DNA of 63,596 nucleotides, filler included, from Octopus bimaculoides (Eukaryota): NCBI RefSeq assembly GCF_001194135.2. It is 7 parts of 6 records of this genome, joined end to end, with 100 filler letters (N's around TTAATTAATTAA, not from the genome) between each part and the next. Parts side by side here need not be neighbours in the genome. Positions count along the whole stretch, not along the records: positions 1 to 31,791 come from NC_068984.1; positions 31,892 to 46,211 come from NC_068984.1; 5 more parts are not named here. One strand, 5' to 3'. Positions 24,870-37,619 of this stretch are shown here, in pieces. The notes beneath the pieces were generated by a model. The model saw nothing but the letters and a program-made list of their open reading frames with translations. It was not told the DNA's origin and ran no database searches. Numbering within the stretch: position 1 is the stretch's first letter; each line of letters begins with the position of its first letter. A program made the translations under genes and the position numbers.

Positions 24870-25331
24870 TCCATCAAACAGAGATTTAGATATGTCATAA
24901 ATGAAGCATTTGATGAGAGGGAAACACAGAGAATTAGTGTAAGTTCTTACAGGACAATTTATTGAGGGTCTACATACCAAATCTGTGGCTGGTATAAAGT
25001 TCTAGCCAGATGAAGACGATGTGGTGGTGGAACAACAAAATAGACAGAGCCATAAAAGGAAAGAGACAGGCTTGGAGGGAATGGAAGCATGTGTCTAGCA
25101 GAGAATTATACCAAGTAACTAAGAGAGATGCTTAAAAGCAAGTATATTTAGCAAAAAGGAAGAGATTTGCCAATGTTCTACTGTGCAAAAAGCAGAAAAA
25201 GGAGTTGTTCTGGATTGCAAGACAGTGTATCAGTTAAAAGCAAGGAATTATGAGAGACAAGTATGTATGGATGGATAATGACACACTTGCACTTTGTGAT
25301 TCTGAAAAGAAAGATACTTGGGAAGTGCTAT
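24870..25331 (+). mobile_element. RTE LINE, 5' segment (interrupted by the Gypsy element)
   Basis: QICGW.K, WWNNKIDRAIKGKRQAWREWK, LFWIARQC; the frame continues across the Gypsy insertion as WKCY|DEILLN. Confidence 0.8.
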
Positions 25332-25575
25332 TGTTGTAACCTCCGTCTCCAATATTGTGGGAACCACCACGATAGTGTGACAGATGGTTTTGATACTCTG
25401 TTCCAGTGTTGTAACAATAAACAAGATAACGATGCAGCCATAATAACAATGTAATGATCCAACAATCACTTCCCGAACCAACATTCAATATTCCAAACAA
25501 CCTAACCAACCAACACCTTCTGACTTCACTGTGAACTCGACTTGAACTAACACACAAACTTCACTTTTTCCAGCA
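25332..25575 (-). repeat. 3' LTR (about 60 bp shorter than the 5' LTR)
   Basis: Aligns to 28842-29147, e.g. GTGACAGATGGTTTTGATA...TGTTGTAACAATAAACAAGATAA...CACACAAACTTCACT. Confidence 0.85.
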
Positions 25576-26118
25576 CCTCTACCTCACATTTTTTTTAGAA
25601 AGTTTAATATCTTTTTCCTTTTGACAGTATTTCTAAGTGTACAGTCTGTTTCCTTTTCTACTGCTGCTTCTTGAGGCTCAATCTCTTTTGGTGCTAGCAC
25701 CTCAAACATGTCATAGCAGACTTCCATTGGTATTTCCTTTTGTTTTTCAGTATGTCTCGTCTTTAATTGGTTTAGGGATCTCTTATGTTCCCAACATTGT
25801 CCTTTAATTACATACATCATGTTTCCTAATCTTTTAGTTACAAAACCATCCTCCGAGCCTTCTTTACCACTTTTGTAAATTTTAAAATGAATTTTATCTC
25901 CTACTTCAAAATGTTTTGTTGCCTTTTCTGTATTTCCTTTAAATAATTTTTTTCCCTGGCAATAAATTATCAAAGATAGATATTATTTTTTGTGTGAATA
26001 TTAAATCTGCAGGAGACTTTTGTGAACTGGTATTCAGATTGGGCGTTATTCTATATACCCTCAAAAATTTTGTTAGTGCTTCATCATTACCAACATCATT
26101 CCTTGCTTTTTTTAACAC

Positions 26119-26847
26119 TCACTCGAAAGTATCAATGAATCTTTCTACCTTCCTGTTTGACCTTAGGTGGTTGGGTGGGGTGAAAATATGCTTCATTGCA
26201 TGTATTTTGTAGAAATTTTTGAATTCACTACCCATAAATTGTGTTCCATTATCTGATACCAATGTGTCTGGAACACGGTATTGGGAAAATAATTCATACA
26301 GGAACTTTATTGTTGTCTTTGCGGTTGGTTTATTGCACCTGCATACCTCTGGCCATTTTGTACCACTATCAACAATGATTAGATAGTATGTGCTATTCAT
26401 CGGTCCAGCGTAGTCAACATGTACCCTGGACCACGGACTATCCATTTTAGGCCACAAGTGGTATTTCACCAGTGGTGCTTTGGCTGTTAGCACACAACTT
26501 CTACATGATTTTACACAATTTTCAATATCTTGATCCATTGTCAGCCAATATACATAGCTCCTCATTAAGGTTTTCATTCTTGACATTCCCAGGTTTACGC
26601 TATGGAATTCCTGCAATACTTGTTTCTGTAGTGCAGTTGGTATTACCACTCTTTGCACGTACATTAAAACATTGTCACACAGAGAAAAATTATTCGAATT
26701 TGTATTTTTATTTTGCTTATTTTTCAACATTTTTTCCATTCTTGTAATGTAATTATCCGCTGTAGATTTCATTTTTATATCATGCACTGTCACTGGCAGT
26801 TCGTGAATAACATTGCACATAATGTTTTTAATTAACTTTTTCTTCAA
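26119..26847 (-). pseudogene. Gypsy integrase (zinc-binding and DDE core) ORF
   Basis: H...GMSRMK...YVYW..M..DIE..VKSCRSC; PWSRVHVDYAGP; IIVDSGTKWPEV; VSDNGTQF; SN.KVERF. Confidence 0.9.
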
Positions 26848-27660
26848 TTCAGCTGTTGAGTTCTTTTCACTGGTGGGGCAGCCATTTAATGTAATGGTTT
26901 AGTGGAAAATCTCATAAGTCAAATATCTCCATCCGGTCCGTACCAAACAGATTGGTTGTGTTCTTTACGATGTAAACTTTTGTCTTGCAAATTTTTCCTT
27001 GAAATGTGACATCATTCCACATTTTACCTATAAAGTATAGTTTGTCACCCGTCACACCACGTGCAGTTTTCATTGTTTTTTTAACATAGGTTTCCCTATT
27101 TTCTTCCATGTGTTGGTGTTTATGATAGAAATGTCACTACCAGTATCCAGTTGTAATTTAATATTTACTCCGTTTACTTTTATGTGTACAAATTTCCTTA
27201 TTTGGGAATGAATTTTACTTTCTGCTGAGAGCACTTTAGAATTTTTTACATTTGACCTTCATACTTTTGTTCTGCAGTGAGAACTCATGTGTCCAAATTT
27301 TTGACAACTACAACATTTTGGGTTTTTAAAAGGGCAATCTTTTCTGAAATGTAGGCCTCCACATCTGTAACATGGATTATGACCTAGCAATCTTCTTTGG
27401 TTATACTTTCTTGGTTGACATATCTGTATTTTTGCAAAATCCTTTTCTTGAATTTTTCATACATTGTGTTTCAGGTTCACCGTCCTTTGACACTCTTCTG
27501 CAACAGTCTGCAGGGTTAAATCTTAGTTTGCTTGTTCAAGTTTTGAAAGAATTCTTGCCTGTATTTCTGTATCTTCATTTGCTGTAAGGCCTTGCACAAA
27601 AATGAGGTACTTAATCATCTCAGGAGTAAGTTCTTTAAGTTTAAAACTTTCACACATTCT

Positions 27661-28258
27661 AGAAATAATATATTTCTAAATCTCTCAGAGAGATTTATGC
27701 AGTAGCAGCTCAATAAAGTGATAGTATGTTGTTAACTTAATGTGACAGTCCCGTAAAAGGGAAGAATGCTACTGTTATTTAGCCCTAGGAAGCACCGTTT
27801 CTTGTTGGACTTGACACATTTCCTGTGTCCTTATGTTTTCAAAGTGGAGATAAGTACCTTCACCCAGCAAAGCCAGCATCCAGAGACTAATTTCAGAGTC
27901 ATTGCTCATCATCAGTCTGGGGTAACATGGCTTGCTAGCTGTCTATGCCCATCCACCTTTGAAAACATATATTTCAAGTGAAATACATTCACTGATTTTT
28001 GAAAATAGAAATAATATATTTCTAAATCTCTCAGACAGATTTATGCAGTAGCAGCATGATAAAGTGATAGTATGTTGTCAACTTAATGTGACAGTCCCTG
28101 GCTTTGCTGGGTGGTGGTGTTTATCTCCACTTTGAAAACATAAGGACACAGTAAATGTCTCAAGTCCAACAGGAAACAGTATTTCCTAGGGCTAAATAAC
28201 AGTAGCATTCTTTCTTTTTATGGGACTGACATATTAAGTTGACAACATACTATCACCT
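27661..28258. repeat. 598-bp fold-back insertion in gag, flanked by a 13-bp direct repeat
   Basis: TTTCACACATTCT at 27648-27660 and 28259-28271. Internal direct repeat 27661-27752 / 28007-28098. Inverted repeat about 27716-27876 / 28098-28258. Confidence 0.88.
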
Positions 28259-28781
28259 TTTCACACATTCTGTTGACTGTTCTTGCATATGTAATAAAGT
28301 CATCATCCTCTTTTTTAGTTAAATTCCAACACTCCATTGGAGTATTAAATAGAGAAGTTTTATCACTGAACATGTTAGACACTAATTTGATTGCTTCCTG
28401 AAAACAAATTTCAATAGACTTTTTGAGCAAAATGAAATTGCAGTATCGTTCATGCTCAGACAGAGCTAATTTATGTAATAATAACCTTATTTTTTCTCTG
28501 TCCAACCATGTCTTGCAATCTTCCTTAAGAATCTCCTCATACCTTCTGTAGTATGCTGCAAAAGTTATACCTTCCTCTGGGTTCTAACTGTATTCTGTTA
28601 TGGAGTTCGATGCACTGTCTGGTGAAAATGAACTTACCTCATTTTTGGACTTCTTTATATATAGCTCCAATAATTGTTGTTGTTCTTGCTGTACTAGTTG
28701 CAGAAACAACTCCTGTTGTTGTTCTTGTTGCTTTTGCAACTGTATTATTTCTATAATAATAGGTCTTCCATCATTTAACAA
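28218..28781 (-). pseudogene. Gypsy gag remnant
   Basis: EKIRLLLHKLALSEHERYCNFIL...TSLFN...DDFITYARTVNRMCE, resuming after the insertion as FKLKELTPEMIKYLIFVQG. Confidence 0.8.
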
Positions 28782-28841
28782 GTTGTATCATGAAGAAATT
28801 GTTAAATAACCTATGTGAGCTTTGAAACACTTGTTGCCAGA

Positions 28842-29147
28842 TGTTGTATCTTCCATCTCCAACTATTGTGGTACCACAAATATTGTGACAGATGGTTTTG
28901 ATATACTGTGCCAGTGTTGTAACAATAAACAAGATAATGATGCTGCCGTAATAACAACATAACAATCCAACAATCTCTTCATGAATAAACAATCAATATT
29001 CCAAACAAACTAACCAACTGACATCTTCCGACTTCACTGTGAACTCAACTCAAGCTAACACACAAACTTCACTCTGACCGCTACTCTTTATAATCACTCG
29101 GTCCAGTCTATTTCTCACAAGGGGATGTCATGACTCTCATGACAACA
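28842..29147 (-). repeat. 5' LTR (306 bp)
   Basis: TG...CA termini, adjacent PBS-like motif and TSD. Confidence 0.88.
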
Positions 29148-30810
29148 GCTATGATGAAATCCTACTAAATAAAAGAGTATGCATGGGGAAAAGGAAGACT
29201 TACAAATGTGGGCCCAACAGGGAGATCAACCATTCTAGATGTCAGCAATATGATAGTTAATGCAATTAAGGAAATGAGGACAAAGAAAGATCCTGATGCA
29301 TCAGGAATTTCTTCCAGGATGCCAAAGATATGTGGCAGAATAAGATACAACCTAGTCACCCATATAGTTAATCAGTATGTACAGGAAAGCATCATATCTA
29401 ACAACTGGTGTAGCAGCATAAAAGTCAACTGTTACAAGAGTAAAAGAAGATGCTTGAGAGTGGAGTAATTACAGAGGTATAAAATTGCTGAACCAGGCAC
29501 AGAATTAGACCAGATGAGATACACTTTGGTTTTTGTGCCAGGGAGAAGTACTACTGGTGTTCTCTTCCTACTAAAGCAGCTGCATGAAAAGCATTTAGCC
29601 AAATGCAAGTCATTGTACTTGGTAGCCTTTGACAGAGTTCCTTGCTCTGTGATCTAGTGGTTGGTGTACAAGCTAGGAATAGGTGAATGGCTAGTGAGAG
29701 CTATCCAAGCCATTCGCTAGGGTGCAAGTAAGCAATGATCACAGGTATGGATTTAGAGTGCATGTATGAGTTTAACCTGGACTCAGCTCTCAGTCCCCTC
29801 CTATTTATCATTGTCCTCTGGATCATAACAGCGGAGTTTGAGAATGGTTGCCCTTGAGAACTACTATATGCTGATGATCTTGTTATTTTTGCTGAATCTG
29901 TAGTAGAATTAGAAAACAAGTTGCAGGTGTAGAAGAAAAACCTGGAATCAAAGGGCTTTAAAGTTAACTTAGCATAAACCAAAGTCTTACTGAGCAGGAA
30001 AACTGACAGTCTGCTAATTCCTTTAGGAAAATGGCTCTGTTCCATGTGAAAAATGGTGTAGGTAGAAATTCGATACCATATAACCAGTGCAAACTATGGG
30101 CACACAAAAGGTACACTGGAATCACAGGAAGGTTAACAGAGAAATAGACTTTGTGGAAGATGCACAGGAACAGTTAACTTGAGGAACATATGGGAAATAG
30201 ATTTCCTTGAATGCTCAGGAGGATCTATAGAAACAATAGATGGTCTCTGTTACTTAGGTGACCTAATTTGCAGTGGAGGAGGAAGAATTTTCTGAAAGTA
30301 TAGTTGCTAGAATACAGAACAGTTGGGGAAAGTTAAGAGAGCTATTACCTCTGTTGGTAATAAAAGTCGTCTCTCTTAGAGTGACAGGCAGATTGTATGA
30401 TGCTTGTGTATGAACAGCAATGCCGCATGGTAGCGAGATATGGACTGTGAATGCTAGTGGTTGTGCAAAGATTAGGATTGAAACTGGCATCAGTGTGCAT
30501 ATACTACATTTAAATGAGTTGAGTGAAAAAGTTGGCATATGAGGAATTAGACGTGTGCAAGGTAGAAGACTGCACTAATATGATCATGTAATGTGTATGG
30601 ATGAGGACAGCTGCATCAAGAAGTGTCAATTGCAAATGTAAATGGAACTTTTAGAAGAGTGAGATCAAGGAATACATGGGACAAAGTAATGAAGATGAAC
30701 CTTAGGTTGTTGAGCCTTGTAAAGGAGATGACAAAAAGACTGAACTGGTAAACAATTCACTGTGTTAGAGAAATCCTGTCCATTTCAGCAAAAATGAGGT
30801 CCTAAAAGCA
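29148..30810 (+). mobile_element. RTE LINE, RT and 3' segment (decayed)
   Basis: AIKEMRTKKDPDASGIS, AFDRVP, LSPLLFIIVL, ELLYADDLV, GLKVNL..TKV; many stops and frameshifts. Confidence 0.88.
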
Positions 30811-31589
30811 CATATTGTTAATATCTATGTCCCTTGTACTCAATCTATACCTGTTAAGCTTTCCCTACAATTAATCTTTCCAAAATCCATCCCTCCTTCA
30901 CTCCTCTAACTATGGTGCTATTACCTCAGCTGCTGTAATGATATAAGAGCAGAACTGCACATATTCCATCTTACCCTTTTATGCTATTAGTTATTTCTCT
31001 CCTTGGAACCACTTCCTTTTTCACCTATCCTGCATGCTCAACATCATCCCTCAACACTTTATCTTCCACTGAACACCCCTTTACCCTGAACACTCTCTCA
31101 TATCTGTCATCCACACTTCTTCCTTTTTGCCATTCCCTATAACCACTCCTATGTACCTCTAATTGTGGATCTCTCTCCCCACATTTTACATCATCTCCCT
31201 CTATTTCTCATCAGCTTACGGGTTTTATTACACTGTTGTTTTCTACCTTCCTTGCCTTTGTATGTATTGCCAATTATCACCTCCTCCTTCCATGATCCAC
31301 TCCTATTTTCCTTTGCCATTCCCCCAAACTGAAATTCATCATTGACCACAGCTCTATCATACTCTCTCAAACCTACCCACTTAGTCATCCTTGATTCCCT
31401 ATCCCTATACTTTATCGATCTCCTTGTACCAGAAAGACATATTCTGATACTCCATCTCCACCATCCTTTCTCCCTACCCTCCTGGGGTGGGTATGTATTT
31501 TCTCTTAATATGTGCTTTTCGTATATATTATATTGTATGCATACATACATACATACATAAATACATGTGTGTGTATATCTATCTATCTA

Positions 31590-31791
<202 letters not shown>

Positions 31792-31891
31792 NNNNNNNNN
31801 NNNNNNNNNNNNNNNNNNNNNNNNNNNNNNNNNNNTTAATTAATTAANNNNNNNNNNNNNNNNNNNNNNNNNNNNNNNNNNNNNNNNNNNN
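31792..31891. other. Artificial scaffold linker 44N-TTAATTAATTAA-44N
   Basis: Exactly 100 nt with stops in all six frames; same structure at five other sites. Confidence 0.97.
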
Positions 31892-32239
31892 AAAAAAAAT
31901 AGGAGCCCTGTATGGTAGGGGTGACTGTTGCAAGAATGTCGCTGGTCATTCTCCGCGTCAACGCCTTTGCAATCATACCCGGGAGTTGCGGCTAAACACG
32001 TCATTTGCTCTGAAGAACACAACCTGTTGCTCCATTTCGTGTTTCCTGCTGCTTAATTCTGTTGCCCACCTTTCTAAGTGATGCGATCTGAACATTACAA
32101 AAGGCGTTAGAATTGTTTGGCAAAAATGAATATTTTCTTCGTATATAGCAACCAACAGTACAAATATCTGAAATTTACTTAGTCCATTACATAATATAAT
32201 AATATAAATAAATACGTGGTGTGTGTGTGTGTGTGGGTG

Positions 32240-32390
32240 TGTGATATAGAGTGGCCTTGTGGGTAGGGGTGATTTTGTGGTTTCGATTTTCAGACCGGGT
32301 TATGTGTTGTGTTCTTGAGCAAAACATTTCATTTCACGTTGGCCCAGTCCACTCAGCTGTAAACGGGTAACCCTGCCTTCCTACCAGGGC
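32240..32390 (+). mobile_element. SINE family A head and core
   Basis: GGTTTCGATTTTCAGACCG...GTGTTCTTGAGCAAAACATTTCATTTCACGTTG.CCCAGTCCACTCAGCTG. Confidence 0.7.
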
Positions 32391-32407
32391 GAATATTGGC
32401 CTGTTCA

Positions 32408-32464
<57 letters not shown>

Positions 32465-33436
32465 TTATATATACGTNNNNNNNNNNNNNNNNNNNNNNNN
32501 NNNNNNNNNNNNNNNNNNNNNNNNNNNNNNNNNNNNNNNNNNNNNNNNNNNNNNNNNNNNNNNNNNNNNNNNNNNNNNNNNNNNNNNNNNNNNNNNNNNN
32601 NNNNNNNNNNNNNNNNNNNNNNNNNNNNNNNNNNNNNNNNNNNNNNNNNNNNNNNNNNNNNNNNNNNNNNNNNNNNNNNNNNNNNNNNNNNNNNNNNNNN
32701 NNNNNNNNNNNNNNNNNNNNNNNNNNNNNNNNNNNNNNNNNNNNNNNNNNNNNNNNNNNNNNNNNNNNNNNNNNNNNNNNNNNNNNNNNNNNNNNNNNNN
32801 NNNNNNNNNNNNNNNNNNNNNNNNNNNNNNNNNNNNNNNNNNNNNNNNNNNNNNNNNNNNNNNNNNNNNNNNNNNNNNNNNNNNNNNNNNNNNNNNNNNN
32901 NNNNNNNNNNNNNNNNNNNNNNNNNNNNNNNNNNNNNNNNNNNNNNNNNNNNNNNNNNNNNNNNNNNNNNNNNNNNNNNNNNNNNNNNNNNNNNNNNNNN
33001 NNNNNNNNNNNNNNNNNNNNNNNNNNNNNNNNNNNNNNNNNNNNNNNNNNNNNNNNNNNNNNNNNNNNNNNNNNNNNNNNNNNNNNNNNNNNNNNNNNNN
33101 NNNNNNNNNNNNNNNNNNNNNNNNNNNNNNNNNNNNNNNNNNNNNNNNNNNNNNNNNNNNNNNNNNNNNNNNNNNNNNNNNNNNNNNNNNNNNNNNNNNN
33201 NNNNNNNNNNNNNNNNNNNNNNNNNNNNNNNNNNNNNNNNNNNNNNNNNNNNNNNNNNNNNNNNNNNNNNNNNNNNNNNNNNNNNNNNNNNNNNNNNNNN
33301 NNNNNNNNNNNNNNNNNNNNNNNNNNNNNNNNNNNNNNNNNNNNNNNNNNNNNNNNNNNNNNNNNNNNNNNNNNNNNNNNNNNNNNNNNNNNNNNNNNNN
33401 NNNNNNNNNNNNNNNNNNNNNNNNNNNNNNNNNNNN

Positions 33437-33472
<36 letters not shown>

Positions 33473-35408
33473 GAACTTATATATGCAAAAAAAGCATTTA
33501 ATCATGTATGCGTGCATGCGTGCCGGGCACACACACAGACGCACACATTTACACATGCCGGCACTACATATGTACGCTTGCGTGTGCGTGCGTCTGTGTA
33601 TGTGTGTGTGTGTAATGATTGTTTTCGCCAAAGCGGAATCTTTGTCTAACTGTAACGAGACCTATTTATCGAAGGCATGAAATTAGATTGAATAAGGAAC
33701 AAGGCCAAGTAATTAGGTCTCCCTCTTCTGTCGCCATATTCTCTGCGTATCTGTGTGTGTGTGTGTGTGTGTGTATTACATAGATATATTTGTATANNNN
33801 NNNNNNTATATATATATATATATATGTGCGTGTGTGTGTGTATATATGTATGTATATATGTGCGTACACATGCTCGTGCGCACTAGCTTACACTGATGTA
33901 TAACGCGACTGATGTGGTAGTGGTCATTTTAAGACTGTCTTTACACACATATGATTGCTGACTCCAGGCTGACGTGACGCTAAACAACAGCAACAACAAC
34001 AACAATATCAGGACTATAACCAAAACAACCATTTAAATTCCATCAATAACAGGAAATTCTGAAGAATTATTAATGAATCGCAGATCGATACAAATTATTT
34101 AGTGTTGCCATAGTAACGGCCATTTGCATAGTCGGCATGCCTTTGTAGTTGGTAACTCGATTTTTTTGTCAGGAATTGCAAGATGTCTGGGTCATTAACT
34201 AGGTGATTAATGTGTGCTTATGCGCACGCGCACGTATGTGTCTGTGTGTATGTGTGCGTGTGTGTGCGTCTACGTTTGTGCATGCTCTTCGTTACGTGAG
34301 GATTATTACAAGCACACATATGTGCCGGTGGGCTGGGGTGCCTTGGTTATGTGGGGAGAGGGATTTAATACAAATGCGTAGTGACTTCAGTGGATGTATA
34401 TATATATGTATATGTATGAATATATATATGTGTGTATATATATNNNNNNNNNNNNNNNNNNNNNNNNNNNNNNNNNNNNNNNNNNNNNNNNNNNNNNNNN
34501 NNNNNNNNNNNNNNNNNNNNNNNNNNNNNNNNNNNNNNNNNNNNNNNNNNNNNNNNNNNNNNNNNNNNNNNNNNNNNNNNNNNNNNNNNNNNNNNNNNNN
34601 NNNNNNNNNNNNNNNNNNNNNNNNNNNNNNNNNNNNNNNNNNNNNNNNNNNNNNNNNNNNNNNNNNNNNNNNNNNNNNNNNNNNNNNNNNNNNNNNNNNN
34701 NNNNNNNNNNNNNNNNNNNNNNNNNNNNNNNNNNNNNNNNNNNNNNNNNNNNNNNNNNNNNNNNNNNNNNNNNNNNNNNNNNNNNNNNNNNNNNNNNNNN
34801 NNNNNNNNNNNNNNNNNNNNNNNNNNNNNNNNNNNNNNNNNNNNNNNNNNNNNNNNNNNNNNNNNNNNNNNNNNNNNNNNNNNNNNNNNNNNNNNNNNNN
34901 NNNNNNNNNNNNNNNNNNNNNNNNNNNNNNNNNNNNNNNNNNNNNNNNNNNNNNNNNNNNNNNNNNNNNNNNNNNNNNNNNNNNNNNNNNNNNNNNNNNN
35001 NNNNNNNNNNNNNNNNNNNNNNNNNNNNNNNNNNNNNNNNNNNNNNNNNNNNNNNNNNNNNNNNNNNNNNNNNNNNNNNNNNNNNNNNNNNNNNNNNNNN
35101 NNNNNNNNNNNNNNNNNNNNNNNNNNNNNNNNNNNNNNNNNNNNNNNNNNNNNNNNNNNNNNNNNNNNNNNNNNNNNNNNNNNNNNNNNNNNNNNNNNNN
35201 NNNNNNNNNNNNNNNNNNNNTATATATATATATATATGTATGTATGTATACAGAGAGAGAGAGAGAGAGACTCGCACGCGCACACGCACACACACTTTGC
35301 ATTTTAATTTTTGCGTCTCCTTTTCTATGAATGGTTTTACAAATTATATTTTTAAATTACGTATATGCGTGTTTCTTGTTCAAGTATTAGTCTACGCGTG
35401 TTTTCATT

Positions 35409-35442
<34 letters not shown>

Positions 35443-37619
35443 TTTTCTTTTTTAACCGCAAGCGGGTCGAACGTTGATAAGTCTCCTACAGTTATTCCTA
35501 CTCCATAAAAAAAAAAACCGAATGTTCGTTTTTGGCTGGTGAAACACAAAAGATAATTGACAAAAATAGAATTCATTTCTGCTAATATAGCAATTAGATG
35601 TTAGTAGCTCAACACAAACAAGAGAAGTTTAGGCAAGACAATAAGCCGTATGTTAATTCGGAATGCATTAACTGCTAATGGAAAGTCTATGGCAGCTGGT
35701 TGCATGCATGCATGTGTGTGTTTGTGTGTGTGTGTGTGTGTTTATGAGAGAAACCGAGAGAGGGGCGAAGAGGTGGGTGAGAGCAGGAAATTTCAATGGG
35801 AGATGTAAATATAAACGTTTTTTTTTTTACTGTTTGTTTTGGGTTTTTTTTTTGTTGTCGTTGTTTTGAGGTTGGGGTTTCGGTCTGTCTGAAAACGAAA
35901 TTGAAAGTAGCGATAAATAATAGATACAAATTTAATTGGCATGCGAGACAGGAAACCGACGTTATTGTAACGGAGCCAACGATGTAACCTATATCTTTGG
36001 ATTCAAATTGCTAGATATAGCAGTCAAATCTTCCTCACATCAATATATATACACACATACACACACAGGTTCGTGTGTCACATAGCTAGCTAGAGGCGAT
36101 GGCCTCTTGGAGCTAATCAACGGCAGCATTCGTCCTATTTTTTTGGACTGCCATGTTGGCTTGGCGATAACTATTAATTTCCAGTACCGCTGCCGTAGTC
36201 TCCTTTAGAGTGACTTAGAAATATATATATATATATATATATATATANNNNNNNNNNNNNNNNNNNNNNNNNNNNNNNNNNNNNNNNNNNNNNNNNNNNN
36301 NNNNNNNNNNNNNNNNNNNNNNNNNNNNNNNNNNNNNNNNNNNNNNNNNNNNNNNNNNNNNNNNNNNNNNNNNNNNNNATATATAATTATTTATTTATTT
36401 AGAATGTAAGTCATATTGTATAAATGTGTATTGCTATTGAACTAGACAAGTGGTCATTAAACCGCGTAGAAACAACAGCTACCCAATCTCACTCAACTTT
36501 CAAACTTCGGTCCCGAGAAGAATGGGGGGATTTTTCTCTTCGATATCGTGTAGATCAGTTTTTGTCTTTTGCCTCTGTACCCCTTTGATCCGTTTTCTTC
36601 ACCCGGACCCTCATAGCCATTCGATGTTTTTAAAAAATCGTTTTATATTTTCGTAGTTAAATATTATTAGGAATTGCATAAAAGAAATGTTTAGAGTATT
36701 TTATGTATTGTAGAATTATAAACGATTTATTGCACATATATTTTAGCAACAAAATCTTATGTGGATCCTCAAGGATCACATGGATCCTTGTTTAGAAACT
36801 TTGCTGTAGATGGCAAACAGCATAAAAGAAAAGTGATGGGCATGATTGGCGTACATTTTCATCACGTGTCCGATTAACTGCAGCTGACCTGGAACTCAGC
36901 AACGACTCCTACCACATGACGCTGTCTGAATACAGAGATATATAATTTTTTGTAAAGCCAGAAAAAATAGATGTCTAGGTCCAGTGAAATGTGCTTTTTT
37001 TTATTGAAAACGCTCTATATCACTTTTCGATCTGTAGCTAACATGATTACTATTGAAATAATATCGATTTTTTACCAAGAGTTAGGTGGAAGTAGATATT
37101 ACAAGGGCAAGTTCACGAATGAGGCTATTTCACTGGGCAACCTTGAAATTATGTCGCCACCGGCCGGGTAGATCGTTCTTGTTGCTGAGAGCCAGATGTG
37201 AGCTAGATGTAAACCGTTGCCGTTTAACACCCGGGTTGCCTGTTGTAGAATGCATTCATCTGCAAGTAGTTTGCCGATGACTCCAGTCTAACGATTTCTC
37301 ATGACTTGTGGCTCGCGATTCGGTCAATGCACCGTCCCAGAAAGAACAATATTAACGATGTTTGTTCCGGATTCGACGTTCGGAATTCGCTTCCTAACGA
37401 CTTTAATGTCTGACTATCAAATGCTGGCCATTCACTCGGACACCAGCAATGAAGTGGGGAGAAGAGACTCACTACAGTAGCAGTTACTTCAGATGCGCCC
37501 ACCCCTTCGTAATAGTAATAAATGGATAGATATTTTAATAAATATATGAATAAAATTAAACAATACACAAACATATATGTGTGTATTGTCTCTGTCAACA
37601 ATATTCTTATTTTTTTTTA

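Larger units (their letters stand above)
25332..29147 (-). mobile_element. Internally deleted Ty3/Gypsy LTR retrotransposon (gag, protease and integrase; RT/RNase H missing)
   Basis: Termini TGTTGT...ACAACA with a perfect TSD GCTAT (25327-25331 and 29148-29152). PBS-like TGGCAACAAG follows the 5' LTR; PPT GAGGTAGAGG precedes the 3' LTR. Protease LQLDTGSD and integrase motifs are present. Confidence 0.92.

Noticed and set aside
30820-31500. ORF 31191-31550 and neighbours
   Set aside because: Pyrimidine/purine-skewed low-complexity tract; open frames are expected from composition.
31836-31847. Recurrent TTAATTAATTAA as a regulatory palindrome or CRISPR-like repeat
   Set aside because: Always centred in 44N flanks; an artificial linker.
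31892-32160. First exon or promoter of the gene in scaffold 1
   Set aside because: Lies across an artificial linker, so adjacency is unsupported, and no frame is recognisable.
32396-35455. Long ORFs of 290-417 aa
   Set aside because: Composed of N gaps and (TA)/(TG) microsatellite; not real coding sequence.
37410-37475. Innexin-like PLHCWCPSEW motif in ORF 37299-37601
   Set aside because: The downstream innexin motifs (YCW, YYQW) are absent; likely coincidence.
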